From positions 40,486,001 through 40,550,000 of the forward strand of contig CM059441.1 in the NCBI GenBank assembly GCA_030390025.1: 64,000 nucleotides of DNA, written 5' to 3'. The position numbers and the translations under genes were made by a program. Source of the stretch: Squalus acanthias. Taxonomy: Eukaryota. The notes under the pieces are model-generated. The model was not told the DNA's origin, did no database searches, and worked only from the letters and a program-made list of their open reading frames with translations. Below, in pieces: positions 49,752-62,164 of the stretch (the first letter of the stretch is position 1; the number at the start of each line of letters is the position of its first letter).

Positions 49752-51004
49752 GGGGCAGAAATTCGGGTCTCCACGGGTGAGTACGCGCTGTGTACTCACC
49801 CGTAGGGCCACCGGAAGTGCCGGTTTTGCGCATGCACTGTGCATGCACGGGAAACCGGAACTTCCAGTCTCGTGAAAGAAGGGGTTCGAGGGTGTTGAAG
49901 TTTCGACTTCCGAGTAAGACTCTTGAAACAATATCGTCAAAGAAGGCTTTATTATTATTTACTTGCTTGCAAGGAGAATGCAACCGTAGTCAAATAGCTA
50001 CGATGACACACTGAAGAATCACAGAAAATGGAAGATCTTATACACTGAAAATACAAGCTTCCCATATCACATGACATGTTGTTTAAGGTAAGCTAAGTTA
50101 AAAATTAAAAAAATAGAAATGCCTTACGATAAGACTAGCTAATCTCTACAGTAATTGGAGTCTGTCTGTCTGTTCTTCTTCTCCCACCAAGGCCAAGGCA
50201 CCTGGCTGTTTACTTCACTAGTCCTTGGTTATCTCAAGTTGATTAGAAGAAGCCTTTTTTTCTCTGTACTAGCAGACTTTGCAGACAGCATAGTCTGCAA
50301 GTTTAAATTCATCTCCATGAGAAACATAACAACTTTATCTTTTCCCAAACAAGTCAGAGTCGGCCATTTTGTATCACTCTTTTTCTCTAGGAAGCCATTT
50401 TGTCCGAGACAAAAACGACACTTCCACAAGGGTCAACCGCGTACGCCGGAGAGGCAGCGTGCATGCAGCGCACTTCCATTTTTTTTACAGGTTTTGGAGT
50501 GAGGGTAAGTACGGAGAAGCTGCGCGGGAAAAAAGGAGGCGCAAGGCCTGCTTTTAACAAGGTAAGTGGTGAATTAAGTACAATTTAAACATTTTTTCAA
50601 CAGGTTTATCTTTTTTACATACTTTAAAGAAAGGTAAGTTTATTTTTAGCACTGTTAAAAAGTGTAATTAATTTTTTCAAAAATTTAAATTTATAGTTAT
50701 TTTAAAAATGTGATTTAAAAAAAAAATTTATTTGAAGTTTTAGTGAGGTTTTGGGGCCGGTCTTCCTGTCAAAATCTATGAATGGAGATTCCCTGCTCCG
50801 ATTGGCTCTCCATGGCCCACGTGATCCCAGGGGACGCTTCGAACTAACTGCGCCCCTGGGATACGCAAGCACTGCGCGCCGGCAGCTGCAGGAGGCCCAG
50901 GAGCCGAATTCCACACGGGCCCGAAGCACAACGGCAGGCGCGGTATGTAAGTACGCGCGCGATCCTTGCACCCGCGGGAAGCCGGAGAGCCGAATTTCTG
51001 GCCC
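49752..51004. mobile_element. Harbinger-like MITE, family copy B (inverted, with ~0.5 kb extra internal segment)
   Basis: att|ggggcagaaattcgg ... ccgaatttctggccc|att. Confidence 0.85.
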
Positions 51005-51109
51005 ATTGTTTAGGGCTTCCTCATTAGTGAAATGGTCACTCCCTCTCAGTATGTTGTTGCTATGGCCGACGTGGTCTTTTGTTTAGAGAGGGGCTGCATA
51101 AGTTGTTCT

Positions 51110-51460
51110 CACTATGGGCTGTCTTCTGATGGATTGCATAGTGCTGTCCAATGTGGAGCTGAGCAGTGCATCCAGGCCTCAGGTTCATTGTGTGGTCTGC
51201 GTTGACTTTAGCTGAGCCCTGCTGGGGAGGCAGCAGAGGAGTTACAATTGGCATCCACACTCCTGGGCTCGCAAGAGGGGTCGGGGCGGGAGGGAAATCA
51301 CCCAAGGCTCCTGCTCTCTACCACCACCCAGTGACTTGTAATGCAAAGTAACTGCGTGTGAACAGAATCAGTTGTCTGCTTGTTGCCGCACAGCTGAATA
51401 GCTGGTAAACAATAACTGTCAGCTAGAACATGCACAAGTTACAGAAAACTAGAGTTCAAA
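51110..51460 (+). mobile_element. LF-SINE-like element, degenerate
   Basis: ggttcattgtgtggtctgcgttgactttagctgag...gttacaattggcatcc...cccaaggctcctgctc...gaatagctgg. Confidence 0.55.
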
Positions 51461-51488
51461 CAAAAGGAAAGATGTTTGCTGAGATAAT

Positions 51489-52237
51489 GGCCCAGAAATT
51501 GGACTTCGATGGTTGCCGCGGGGGTAAGGATCCCCCGCGATATCGCACTCCGCGCCTACCTTTATGGTTTTGGCCCACACGAACTTCAGTTCCTGGGCCT
51601 CTCCCTGGTGCCGGCGCGCAGTGTGTGCGTGTCCCAGAGGCGCAGTTAGTTCGATGCGACCTCTGGGATCACGTGGGCCAGTTAGAGCCAATGGCAGCAC
51701 ACCATCTTTCATTCATAGTTTTGACAGGAAGAGCTGTCAAAGCTATGAATACAACTTGCCCCCAAAAGAACAGCTAAACCTCACTTAAATTTAAAAAAAA
51801 ACCATCACATTAATAAAATAACTATAGTTAAATAAATTAACCACTTTAAACAAAAATTTAAATTTTTGAAAAAATTTAAATTCTTTTTAAAAGTTATAAA
51901 AATAAACTTACCTTTCTTTAAAGTCTCTAAAAAAGATAAACCTGTTGAATTTTTTTAAAATAATACTTAATTAACTACTTACCTTGTTAAAAGGGGGTCT
52001 TACGCCTCCTTTCTTCATGTGTAAAATCTTCAACACTTACCTTCGCGTTCAAACCTGAAAAAAAAACTAAGTGTGCTGCGTGCGCACAGCCTGTAGTGCG
52101 CACGCGGTTCACTTAGGAACCGCCCCCTTCGCAATATTGGAAGTGCCGGTTTCCCGAGCATGCGCAGTGCACTTCGGGACCGAATATGGGTGAGTACACA
52201 GTGCGTACTCTCCCGTATTCGGACGAATTTCTGGGCC
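51489..52237. mobile_element. Harbinger-like MITE, family copy C
   Basis: aat|ggcccagaaattgg ... cgaatttctgggcc|aat. Confidence 0.85.
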
Positions 52238-52555
52238 AATACAAAAATATGCATTTTGTGGGATGTTCCAAAAATAATCAGCCATGTCACTAAATATAGT
52301 TGACCCCAGCAATGGATGGTTGTTCGTGGACTTTCTCTTTATCATAGGCATGTTCTCAGAAACCAATTGATTTCCAATATATTTAAATCACTAGTGATTC
52401 ATTTTGCTTAATTGAGGTAATCTTATATATTGGAATATTTAATTTCCCTCGGGCTCTACCATCCACACCTAGATCTTTGTCATCTTAAAGTAACGACTAT
52501 ATATTATATCAAGGATATCCAAGAATATGGCCAATCAGTCTGATTTGCACTGAAA

Positions 52556-55262
52556 GGGCTGAATTTTGCCAGCGCTCAGAGTGCGGGTTTGGAGGTGGGT
52601 CCGCTGTCAAAATCGCAATGATTGACAGCAGGTTGGGAACCCGTTGGGAACCCGCCTTCATGTAAGTTTCCAAAGTGTTGGGTCTGCGATTTCAGAACAG
52701 ACCCGACACCAAGTGGCAGGGGAGGCATTTAAGATAGTTAAATGCTTGTTAAGCGCTTGTTAACTACTATTTTGCCAGCCTATTTCTATTTTCCCACTTT
52801 TTTAACAGGGTTCACGTCATTCGGAGATCACGTCAGGTAAGTAGGTCGGGTTCTCTAGGTCTCCCCATTGCTGTGAATAGGTGACAGCTGCAAAAGTGGT
52901 ATGAAAGCTACCATTTCACAGCTGCTCACTTTCCAATGTCAGAAGCTTGAGTCTTCAGGACTTGGAAGACACTTTTGAGCTTTATGCAATTTCATAGAAT
53001 CATAGAAAGTTACAGCACGGAAGGAGGCCATTTTGGCCCATCGTGTCCGCGCCGGCCAACAAAGAGCTATCCAGCCTAATCCCACTTCCCAGCTCTTGGT
53101 CCGTAGCCCTGCAGGTTAGAGCATCCCAAGTGCACATCCAAGTACTTTTTAAATGTGGTTAGGGTTCCTGCCTCTACCACCCTTTCAAGCAGTGAGTTCC
53201 AGACTCCCACAACCCTCTGGGTGAAGAAATTTCCCCTCAAATCCCCTCTAAACCTTCCACTAATTACTTTAAATCTGTGACCCCTGGTTTTTGACCCCTC
53301 TGCTAAGGGAAATAGGCCCTTTTTATGCACTTTATCTATGCCCCTCATAATTTTATACACCTCAATAAGGTCTCCCTTCAGCCTCCTCTGTTCCAAGGAA
53401 AACAGACCCAGCCTATCCAGTCTTCCCTCATAGCTAAGATTCTCTACTCCCGGCAACATCCTTGTAAATCTCCTCTGAACCCTCTCCAGTGCAATCACAT
53501 CTTTTCTGTAATGTGATGACCAGAACTGCATGCAGTACTCTAGCTGAGGGATAACTAGTGTTTTATACAGTTGAAGCATAACCCCCTGCTCTTGTATTCT
53601 ATGCCACGGCTAATAAAGGCAAGCATTCTGTATGCCTTCTTAACCACCTTATCTACCTGGCCTGCTACCTTCAGGGATCTGTGGACATGCACTCCAAGGT
53701 CCCTTTGTTCCTCTACACTACTCAGTGTCCTACCATTTAATGTGTATTCCCTTTCCTTGTTAGCCCTCCCCAAATGCATTACCTCACACTTCTCCAGATT
53801 GAATTCCATTTGCCACTGTTCTGCCCACCTGACCAATTTATTGATATCTTCCTGCAGTCTACAGCTTCCTTCTTCAGTATCAACCACACAGCCGATTTTA
53901 GTATCATCTGCAAACATCTGGAAGCGTTTGGAGTAAACTCTCTATCCACGGTCACCTCCTTGGAGCAAGCTCTCTCACCATTGTCAGATCGCTTCCGTCA
54001 TCTCAACTTAAGCTGCCATCTATTCCAGCCCTTGAAAAAATCTCACCTTGGTCCTCTGAATCCCTCCACGATCAGCCCCAGCACCAACATCACCAGGCAG
54101 ACCAACATCACCAACAACAATACCAACCTTCTCCGCAATCACCTGATGCTGCACAGGACACAGGGCATCAGCACCCAACAAAATTGCTGCCCGGGAAGCC
54201 AGCGATGGCATCACCATGGCCAGATTTACTTCACTTGACGCTGTACACCCTGGCTGCCACATGATGCACCAGGTTGACACCACCCCACACCAGCACCATA
54301 AAGCATCCCTACAATGTCCAAGCCATTCCTTTCACACTCATCACAATTGGCGGGGGTTGCGGGGGAGTTATGTCTCAACATTCACTGGAACTCACTAAGA
54401 CACTTCCAAAGATGAGCACAGATCTGTCCAATAAGGTAAAGTGTTGAAAATATAGATTTCAATGCTTGACAACACATTAACAGAAATTTCACATGAACAT
54501 TGGCTAAACCACCCAAGTGCCTACCCTTGTGTGTTATTAGTTGGTATGCTTGCAGTAGGTTGAGGGTGAGTGTGAGGGGTGGCTAGTGAGATGGGGAAGT
54601 GATAATGTCAATAGAGAGGGATGGGTGGAGGTGCAAGGTAAGTTGGTGTGAGTAAAGATGTGCAGGAGTAGGGTAGGGAAAACATAGTGATGAGGATGTG
54701 ATGAGAGGCACAGCAGGATGAGGTTGAGTGTGGCTTGGCAGTAACATTTCGTGATCTACTGAGATCATTGAAAGGTTTGCGCCACTGCAGCCTGGTCCTC
54801 CTGATAACATCCCTGCTTGTGCCCTCCTGTGCAATGTGCAACCAGGCTGCGTTGATCTCCTGGGGAGGTCTCTTCCGTCTGTGGGAAGGGAAGAGAACCT
54901 CCCTGTGTGCTGTGACTCCCTCCATAAGCATATGGACGGAGTCATGGGAGAGCCTGGGTGCAGCCGTGCACCTTTGTGCACTGCTTGTCAGTGTTTGTAG
55001 CACCTCAATGCTGTAGAACACTGACAGCATAACTGTCAAAATCAATTTGGACATGGCCACTTTAAGGAAATTGGCTGATGACGCGTCATCAAATGACGTC
55101 ATCAGACCCGCTTCCTATTAATTGGCCGGGAACCTCGCAGGGTGAGCTTAACAAGCCCAATCAATGAAAAATCGCTTGGAGAGTGCGGGCTGGAGCAGGC
55201 AGCGGGCTGGGACCGCGACACCGACCCCCCCGGACCTGCCTCGGTCGGCGAAATCGTGGGCC
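52556..55262. mobile_element. Degenerate Harbinger-like element with Myb/SANT remnant (- strand ~54745-54990) and nested CR1
   Basis: Ends gggctgaattttgcc ... ggcgaaatcgtgggcc; ORF 54608-55102 APRLSHDSVHMLMEGVTAHREVLFP...AAWLHIA...QWRKPFNDL. Confidence 0.65.
52990..53918 (-). mobile_element. CR1 LINE 3' fragment
   Basis: MFADDTKIG, PQLEYCMQFWS, NFFTQRVVGVWNSL; (attctatg)n tail. Confidence 0.9.
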
Positions 55263-55909
55263 AGAGTTGTTATTTACTGGTATGGACCTGGAGATTTGAA
55301 ATGGGCTGTTCTTGGTTCTGTTGCCTCATATGTTGGATAAGTTCTAAATTAGACCAAGATCTGTTAGTATCTAGTTGTTGGGATATGTTACAGGTCACCA
55401 GATCAGAGCGAGGCAACACCTGCTGAGCTGTGCAAACAGGTTAGGGAGGTATGTTTGAGCACAAATGTTATTGTCATGGGGCATTTTAATCTAATGGAAC
55501 TAACAGGGAGCAGGAGCAAAGCAATTTACTTTCTGGACATGCTAGTATATTTGACCCAGAGCGTGAAGAAGCACGAGAGGTGACTTGATCCGGTGTTGTG
55601 TAACAAACAGAGATGATTGAACAAATGACCTTAACCTTAATGAGTTTGGCATCTTTCTCACTATGGATAAGTACAATGAAAACTCTAAATTTTAGGAAAT
55701 AGACTTTAGGGGAAGCAGTTCATGGAGCTGGACTGACATAGTTTGTCAGAGCGAAATGGGATACTTTTAAATGCACAATACAAGAATTACAAAGTTAATT
55801 TATGCCGTTGTGCAAGAAACACAATAGGAAACAGAGTGAGCAGCAAAGGAGATAATGTAAAACATCAGATAGCTAAACTACAAGGAGAGACTACACAAGC
55901 TGATTTTGC

Positions 55910-56985
55910 TTTTTTTGTTTTTTTATTCATTCACGGGATCTGGGCGTCACTGGCAAGGCCAGCATTTATTGCCCATCTCTAGTTGCCCTCGAGAAGGTGG
56001 TGGTGAGCCACCTTCTTGAACCGCTGCAGTCCATTTAGTGAAGGTACTCCCACAGTGCTGTTAGGGAGGGAGTTCCAGGATTTTGACCCAGTGACAATGA
56101 AGGAACAGTGACATATTTCTAAGTCAGGATGGTGTGTGACTTGGAGGGGAACTTGGAGGTGGTGGTGTTCCATGCGCCTGCTGCCCTTGTCCTTCTCGGT
56201 GGAAGAAGTCAGGGGTTTGGGAGGTGCTGCTGAAGAAGCCTTGGCGAGTTGCTGCAGTGCACCTTGTAGATGGTACACACTGCAGCCACGGTATGCCAGC
56301 GGTGGAGGGAGTGAATGTTTAAGGTGGTGGATGGGGTGCCAAATCAAGTGGGCTGCTTTGTCCTGGATGGTGTCGAGCTTTTTGAGTGTTGTTGGAGCTG
56401 CACTCATCCAGGCAAGTGGAGAGTATTCCATCCCACTCCTTATTTGTGCCTTGTAGATGGTGGAAAGGCTTTGGGGAGTCAGGTGATGAGACACCCGCCG
56501 CAGAATACCTAGCCTCTGACCTGCTCTCGTTACCACAGTATTTATGCGGCTGGTCCAGTTAAGTTTCTGGTCAATGGTAACCCCCAGGATGTTGATGGTG
56601 GGGGATTCAGCGATGGTAATGCCATTGAATGTCAAGGGGCGGTGGTTAGACACTCGCTTGTTGGAGATAGTCATTGCCTGGCACTTGTGTGGTGCGAATG
56701 TTACCTCCCACTTATTAGCCCAAGCCTGAACGTCATCCAGGTCTTGTTGCATGGACTGCTTCATTATCTGAGGAGTTGTGAATGGCACTGAACACTGTGT
56801 AATCATCAGTGAACATCCCCATTTCTGACCTTATGGTGGAGGGAAGGTCATTGAGGAAGTAGCTGAAGATGGTTGGGCCTAGGACACTGCCAGAGGAACT
56901 CCTGCAGCGAAGTCCTGGGGCTGTAATAATTGACCTTCAACCACCACAACCATCTTCCTTTGTGCTAGGTATGACTCCAGCCAGT
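55910..56985 (-). mobile_element. 3' fragment of the tRNA-headed LINE family
   Basis: ORF 55979-56806 QAWANKWEVTFAPHKCQ...MEYSPLAWMSAAP; same 3' tail as the 39245 copy. Confidence 0.88.
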
Positions 56986-58258
56986 GTTGTGTTACAGAAG
57001 ACTGAGACAGGATTTTATTGAGGTATTCAAGATCCTTAAGGATATCAGTAACCCTGAGAAACTCTTTACCACCACCCTGAGAACAATGATGAGCGGGTAT
57101 GAGATGAAGCTCAGAAGAGGGCAGGTAAATGGACAGTTGATATATAACTACTTTACACAGAGGGTACTGAATGTTTGGAATGAACTGCCCCGGGAAGCAA
57201 TCAAAGCTGTTCATGAGTAATTGCAAGAGGGAGTTGGACAGGACTTTGGCACAAAAGCAATTGAGGGAAGACAGGCAGTGAACTGCGTGTTCAGTGTTTG
57301 AATGCTGAGTCAGCCAGGTGGAGTAAAATGCTTTTTTGTTTCCTTCAGCAACTTGATGCCAATTAGTGGCAACATGGCTATGGGGAAAGAGCGAGGGAGT
57401 GGGACTAATGGATAGCTCTTTGGAAGAGTCGGCACAGACTCGATGGGCTCTTTCTGTACTATTCTATAAATTAACTCACGGTCTTAGATCAAGCATACCC
57501 TGCTCCCTTATTTCTAAGTATGCTTGCTTCCCTTAGGAGGGTGTGTTTGGGGCCCATCAATGATTTTTATTAAAAGTTCTTACGAGTTTATTTTGTTTGT
57601 ATTTTATATTAGTAACGTTATGTCCTCCAGACTCCAGTGCACACAATGTTGGATAGTTCTCATCCTTGTGTCCTACTGTAATCTCGATGCAGATTACGCC
57701 ACACTAGACCAAGGGTCAGGGCTGGTCCCGAGTTGTTGTAAATTTGAGAGCAAACCTGCAGTTATTTTGTTCCAAATATTTGACCATTTGTGGAGTTGTT
57801 ACTTTCTCCTATCCTGGTGAACTGGTTCAACAGCTAGCTGGGCTTCTATATCCAGTCCCTCTGTACTGATCCAGCATTTCCCAGGTATGGCTGTAGTCCC
57901 TCTAAACTACATCACATTTTACAGAGCTCTCAGTTGAAAATCCGATCTTCAATAATAAATCATGACATCATAATGCAGCAGCACATATCTAACATTGTCA
58001 TTTACTTAAGTAAAAGAATTTAAAACTTTACAACCGTTATGTGCGCGAGGGTTACACTAAATGCTAAACCCCAGAGGACTGAATGGCCTTTTCAGCCTTC
58101 ATATTTTCCTTTCATACCATGTCTGTGAGTGCAACAAGGTAAATGTTGCAAAACAGGGACAACGCTGAACCGAATTTCACCTTGGTTCTAAGATGGCAAT
58201 AGCGCACCATTTCTACAACTTGCTTCAGCTGAGCAAACCATCAAGTCATTTCAGGATA

Positions 58259-60976
58259 AAAACAGAAAATGCTGGAAATACTCAGCAGGTCAGGCAGCAT
58301 CTGTGGAGAGAGAAAGAGTGTTAACGTTTCAGGTTGATGACCCTTCGTCAGAACTGGGAAAAGCTGGAGATGGAATAGGTTTTTAAGCAAGTGCAGGGGC
58401 AGGGAAAGGGGGGAGGGGAGGAAAGAACAAAAGGGAAGGTCTGATAGGATGGAAGGCAGGAGAGATTAAAAGACATTAAGAGATGATGCAAAGCAAAAGG
58501 AGATGGTAATGGGACAAGTTAAGAAACAAAAGATGGCCCTAGATGAAGTGTAAATGGCATCGGCAGAATGAAAGACAGCTGCCATGTGGGGGAGAAATAA
58601 ATAAATAAATTAAATGAGAGAAAAAAGGAAAGGGGCAGAGGTTATGGTCTGAAATTGTTGAACTCTATGTTGAGTCCAGAAGGCTGTAAAATGTTTAATC
58701 AAAAGATGGGGTGCGGTTCCTCGAGCTTACGTTGAGCTTCACTGGAACAGTGTAAAAGGCCGAGGACGGTGAGGTCTGAGTGGGAGTGGAGCGGAGAATT
58801 AAAGTCACAGGTGACCGGAAGCTCGGGGTCCCCCTTACGGACTGAATGGAGGTGTTCCGCAAAGCGGTCACCCAATCTGCGTTTGGTCTCCCCAATGTAG
58901 AGGAGACCACATCGTGAGCAGCGAATAAAGTATACTAAATTGCAAGAACAACAAGTAAATCGCTGTTTCACCTGGAAGGAGTGTTTGGGGTCCTGGACAG
59001 TGGGAAGGGTGGAGGTAAAAGGGCATGTGTTGCATCTCCTGTGCTTGCACGGGAAGGTGCCGGGCAAAGGGGATGGGGTGTTCAGGGTGATAGGGGAGTG
59101 GACCAGGGTGTCGCGGAGGGAGCAGTCCCTTCGGAATGCTGAAAGGGGAGGCGAGGGGAAAATGTGTTTGGTGGTGGGATCACGCTGGAGGTGGCGGAAA
59201 TGGCGGAGGATGATCTGTTGAATGTGGAGGCTGGTGGTGGGAACCCTATCGTGGTTCCGGGAGGGAGGGGAAGGGGTGAGAGCCAAAGTGCGGGAAATAG
59301 AACAGACACGGCCAAGGGCCGTAACAACCACATTAGAGGGGAATCTTCGGTTGAGGAAAAAGGAAGACATGTCGGAAGCACTGGTATGGAAGGTGGCATC
59401 GTCAGAGCAGATGCGGCAGAGATGGAGAAACTGGGAGAATGGAATAGAGTCCTTACAGGAAGCGGGGTGGGAGGAAATGTAGTCCAGGTAGCTGTGGGCT
59501 TGTAGTAAATGTTTGTCGATAGCCTATCCCCAGAGATGGAGACAGAGAAGTCAAGGCAGGGAAGGGAAGAGTCGGAGATGGACCATGTGAAGGTGAGGGA
59601 AAGTGAATGAAATTTTCTAGAGCAGGAAACAGCACCGATACAGTTATCAATGTACCGGAAAAAGAGGTGAGGGAGGGGACCGGAGTAGGACTGGAACAAA
59701 GAATGTTCCACACATCCCACGAAAAGGCAGGCATAGCTGGGACCCATGTGGGTTCCCATAGCAACACCTTTAATTTGGAGGAAGTGAGTGGAGTCAAAAG
59801 GAGAAGTTGTTCAATGTGAGAACAAGTTCAGCCAAGTGGAGGAGGGTGGTGGTGGATGGGGACTGGTTGGGCCTCTGTTCAAGGAAGAAGCGGAGCGCCC
59901 TCAGGCCATCCGGGTGGGGGACGGAGGTGTAGAGGGATTGGACGTCCATAGTGAAAAGGAGATGGTTGGGGCCAGGCAACTGTTAAAGTGACGGAGGGCG
60001 TCGGAAGAGTCGCGGATGTAGGTGGGAAGAGACTGGACAGGGAGAAAGGAGAGTCAAGATAGGAAGAGATAAGTTCCGTGGGGCAAGAACAGGCTGAAAC
60101 GATGGGTCTACTGGGGTAGTCCGGTTTGTGGATCTTGGGAAGGAAGTAGAAGCGGGCTGTGCAGGGTTGGGGAATTATGAGGTTGGCGGCCATGGGAGGG
60201 AAGATCTCCAGAGGAGATGAGGTCAGTGACGGTCTTGGAAACGGTGGCTTGATGTTCGGTAGTGGGGGTCATGGTCCAGGTGGAGGTAGGAGGCGGCGTC
60301 AAAGAGTTGGCGTTCAGCCTCCGCTAGGTAGAGGTCGGTTTGCCAAACAACAACAGCACCACCCTTGTCAACAGGTTTAATGACAAGGTTGTGGTTGGAT
60401 CTGAGAGAATGGAGTGCTGCAAGTTCAGAGGGAGGTAGGTTGGAGTGAGTGAGGGGAGCAGAGAAATTGAGACGGCCGATGTCACGCCGGCAGTTTGCAA
60501 TGAAAAGATCTAGAGAGGTTAAGAGGCCAGAGGGAGAGGTCCAGGTAGAACGAGAATTCTGAAAACAGGAGAAAGGGTCAGCTGTGCAGGGGACAGGGGA
60601 CCGGGGGGGGGGGGGGGGGGGGAAGGAGAAGACTCCTGGCCAAAGAAGTGGGCACGGAGACGAAGGTGGCGGAAAAAGAGCTCAGCATCGTGCCGAGCTC
60701 GAAATTCATTGAGATGGGGGCATAAGGGGATAAAGCTCAGGCCTTTGCTAAGGACTGATCGTTCGGGGTCAGAGAGGGGGCAAGGTCAGAGGGATAGTGA
60801 AAACACGGCAGGGGGTGGATTGGAAAAAGGGATGGGGTCAGAGGAAAGTGAAGGGGAAGAAGGTTCCAGATGGAAGTTGGTGTCCAAGAGTTGTTGAAGC
60901 TTGCGATCCATGTCACCTGAAAAGGAAGAAAAAAAGTTTTTTGTTAAAGTGTCGGATGAGGCGAAGGATGAAATGG
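58259..60976 (-). mobile_element. Penelope-like retroelement (RT + GIY-YIG, disrupted) with 15-bp TSD
   Basis: LPKIHKPD..RPIVS, TMDVQSLYTSVP, MGTHMGPSYACLF, FRYIDN, NLVYFIRCSRCGLLYIGET; TSD agtcatttcaggata at 58244-58258 and 60977-60991; hammerhead motif at 58320-58356. Confidence 0.9.
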
Positions 60977-61499
60977 AGTCATTTCAGGATATCAGTGACT
61001 CTGCTATTCCCCAGAGCCAAAAATACGACAAGAGATGCACAGTTTTAGAAGGCTCCAGGAATAGTAATCAAAGTAATGTCCCACGATTGTGTATTTTGTA
61101 AATATCACTTTCTAAATACCATATAAATTTACAGAGAATCAACCTCTTAAGTGATCAGAAGCACAAAAAAGTGTTAAAAATTAACATCTTTGAAAAGAGT
61201 TAAAATTCAGAGAGATGCACGAACAACGTTATGGAGTCCACAGCACTTCAGCATATGGTATGCTGCTTCAGATACACTATAGCCTAGGCATGAAAGGCTG
61301 TGTCCAGATAAATTTGATGCAACACTACACCAGGACTAGAATGACACAGCAGGCAAGGGCTATTCATATGCAGCAGCAATATTACAGCCTCACTACATCA
61401 CAAACTAAGTTTATAAACAAAAAAAAAAATTAAAACCCACGGGCTATCTTCAAATCTAAAACCAGCACGGTAGAAATATATTTTAAACACCTTCAACTA

Positions 61500-61850
61500 T
61501 AGCTTGCTGCAAAACCTACTTTCTAGATGGTTCTGTTACCATTTACACCTCCTCTAGACCCATCATTTGTTTCTTTACTTGTCCTATTATCCCTTTTGTT
61601 ACTTACTCACGCCTACCCTCCACCCTCTCACAGACCTTCCCCTTTGTCCCCTCCCCCATCCCTGGCTCTATACTTGCACATAAACTGTTAAATCTCTAAC
61701 TTCTTCCAGTTCCAATGAAAGGTCATCAACCTGAAACGTTAACTGTTTCTCTCTCTCTCTCTACAGATGCTGTCTGACCTGCTGAGTGTTTCCAGTATTT
61801 TTCTTTTTTAAATTTCAGATTTCCAGCATCCGCAGTATTTTGCTTTTGTT
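61500..61850 (+). mobile_element. Penelope-like terminal repeat, inverted relative to the 58259 copy
   Basis: Reverse-complement match to ~58260-58570; degenerate hammerhead cagttccaatgaaaggtcatcaacctgaaacgttaactg. Confidence 0.75.
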
Positions 61851-62164
61851 CCAGTATCGCACTGGCTGGTTGTCCAAGGTTTTTCCATAAATCCCATTTT
61901 TTAATTGTAATCCTGCAGGATTTTGATGCCCGCCCTAATTCTGTGCTGCAGTCAGGTTTTGAAGATTATTTTTGTGTAGAGCTGATGGTATAATTGAGAC
62001 CCCTGGCCTGGAAGGTTAACTAGCCTTATAATGCAGGCAGCTGAACACACAATTGATACTGAATCATCCCGGGTTTATTACTAGCACTATCAGTTTACAG
62101 GGAAATAGTTGGCAACTCCTTCAAGACAGCACCATAATGTCATCAATACTTTGAACAGAAATTG

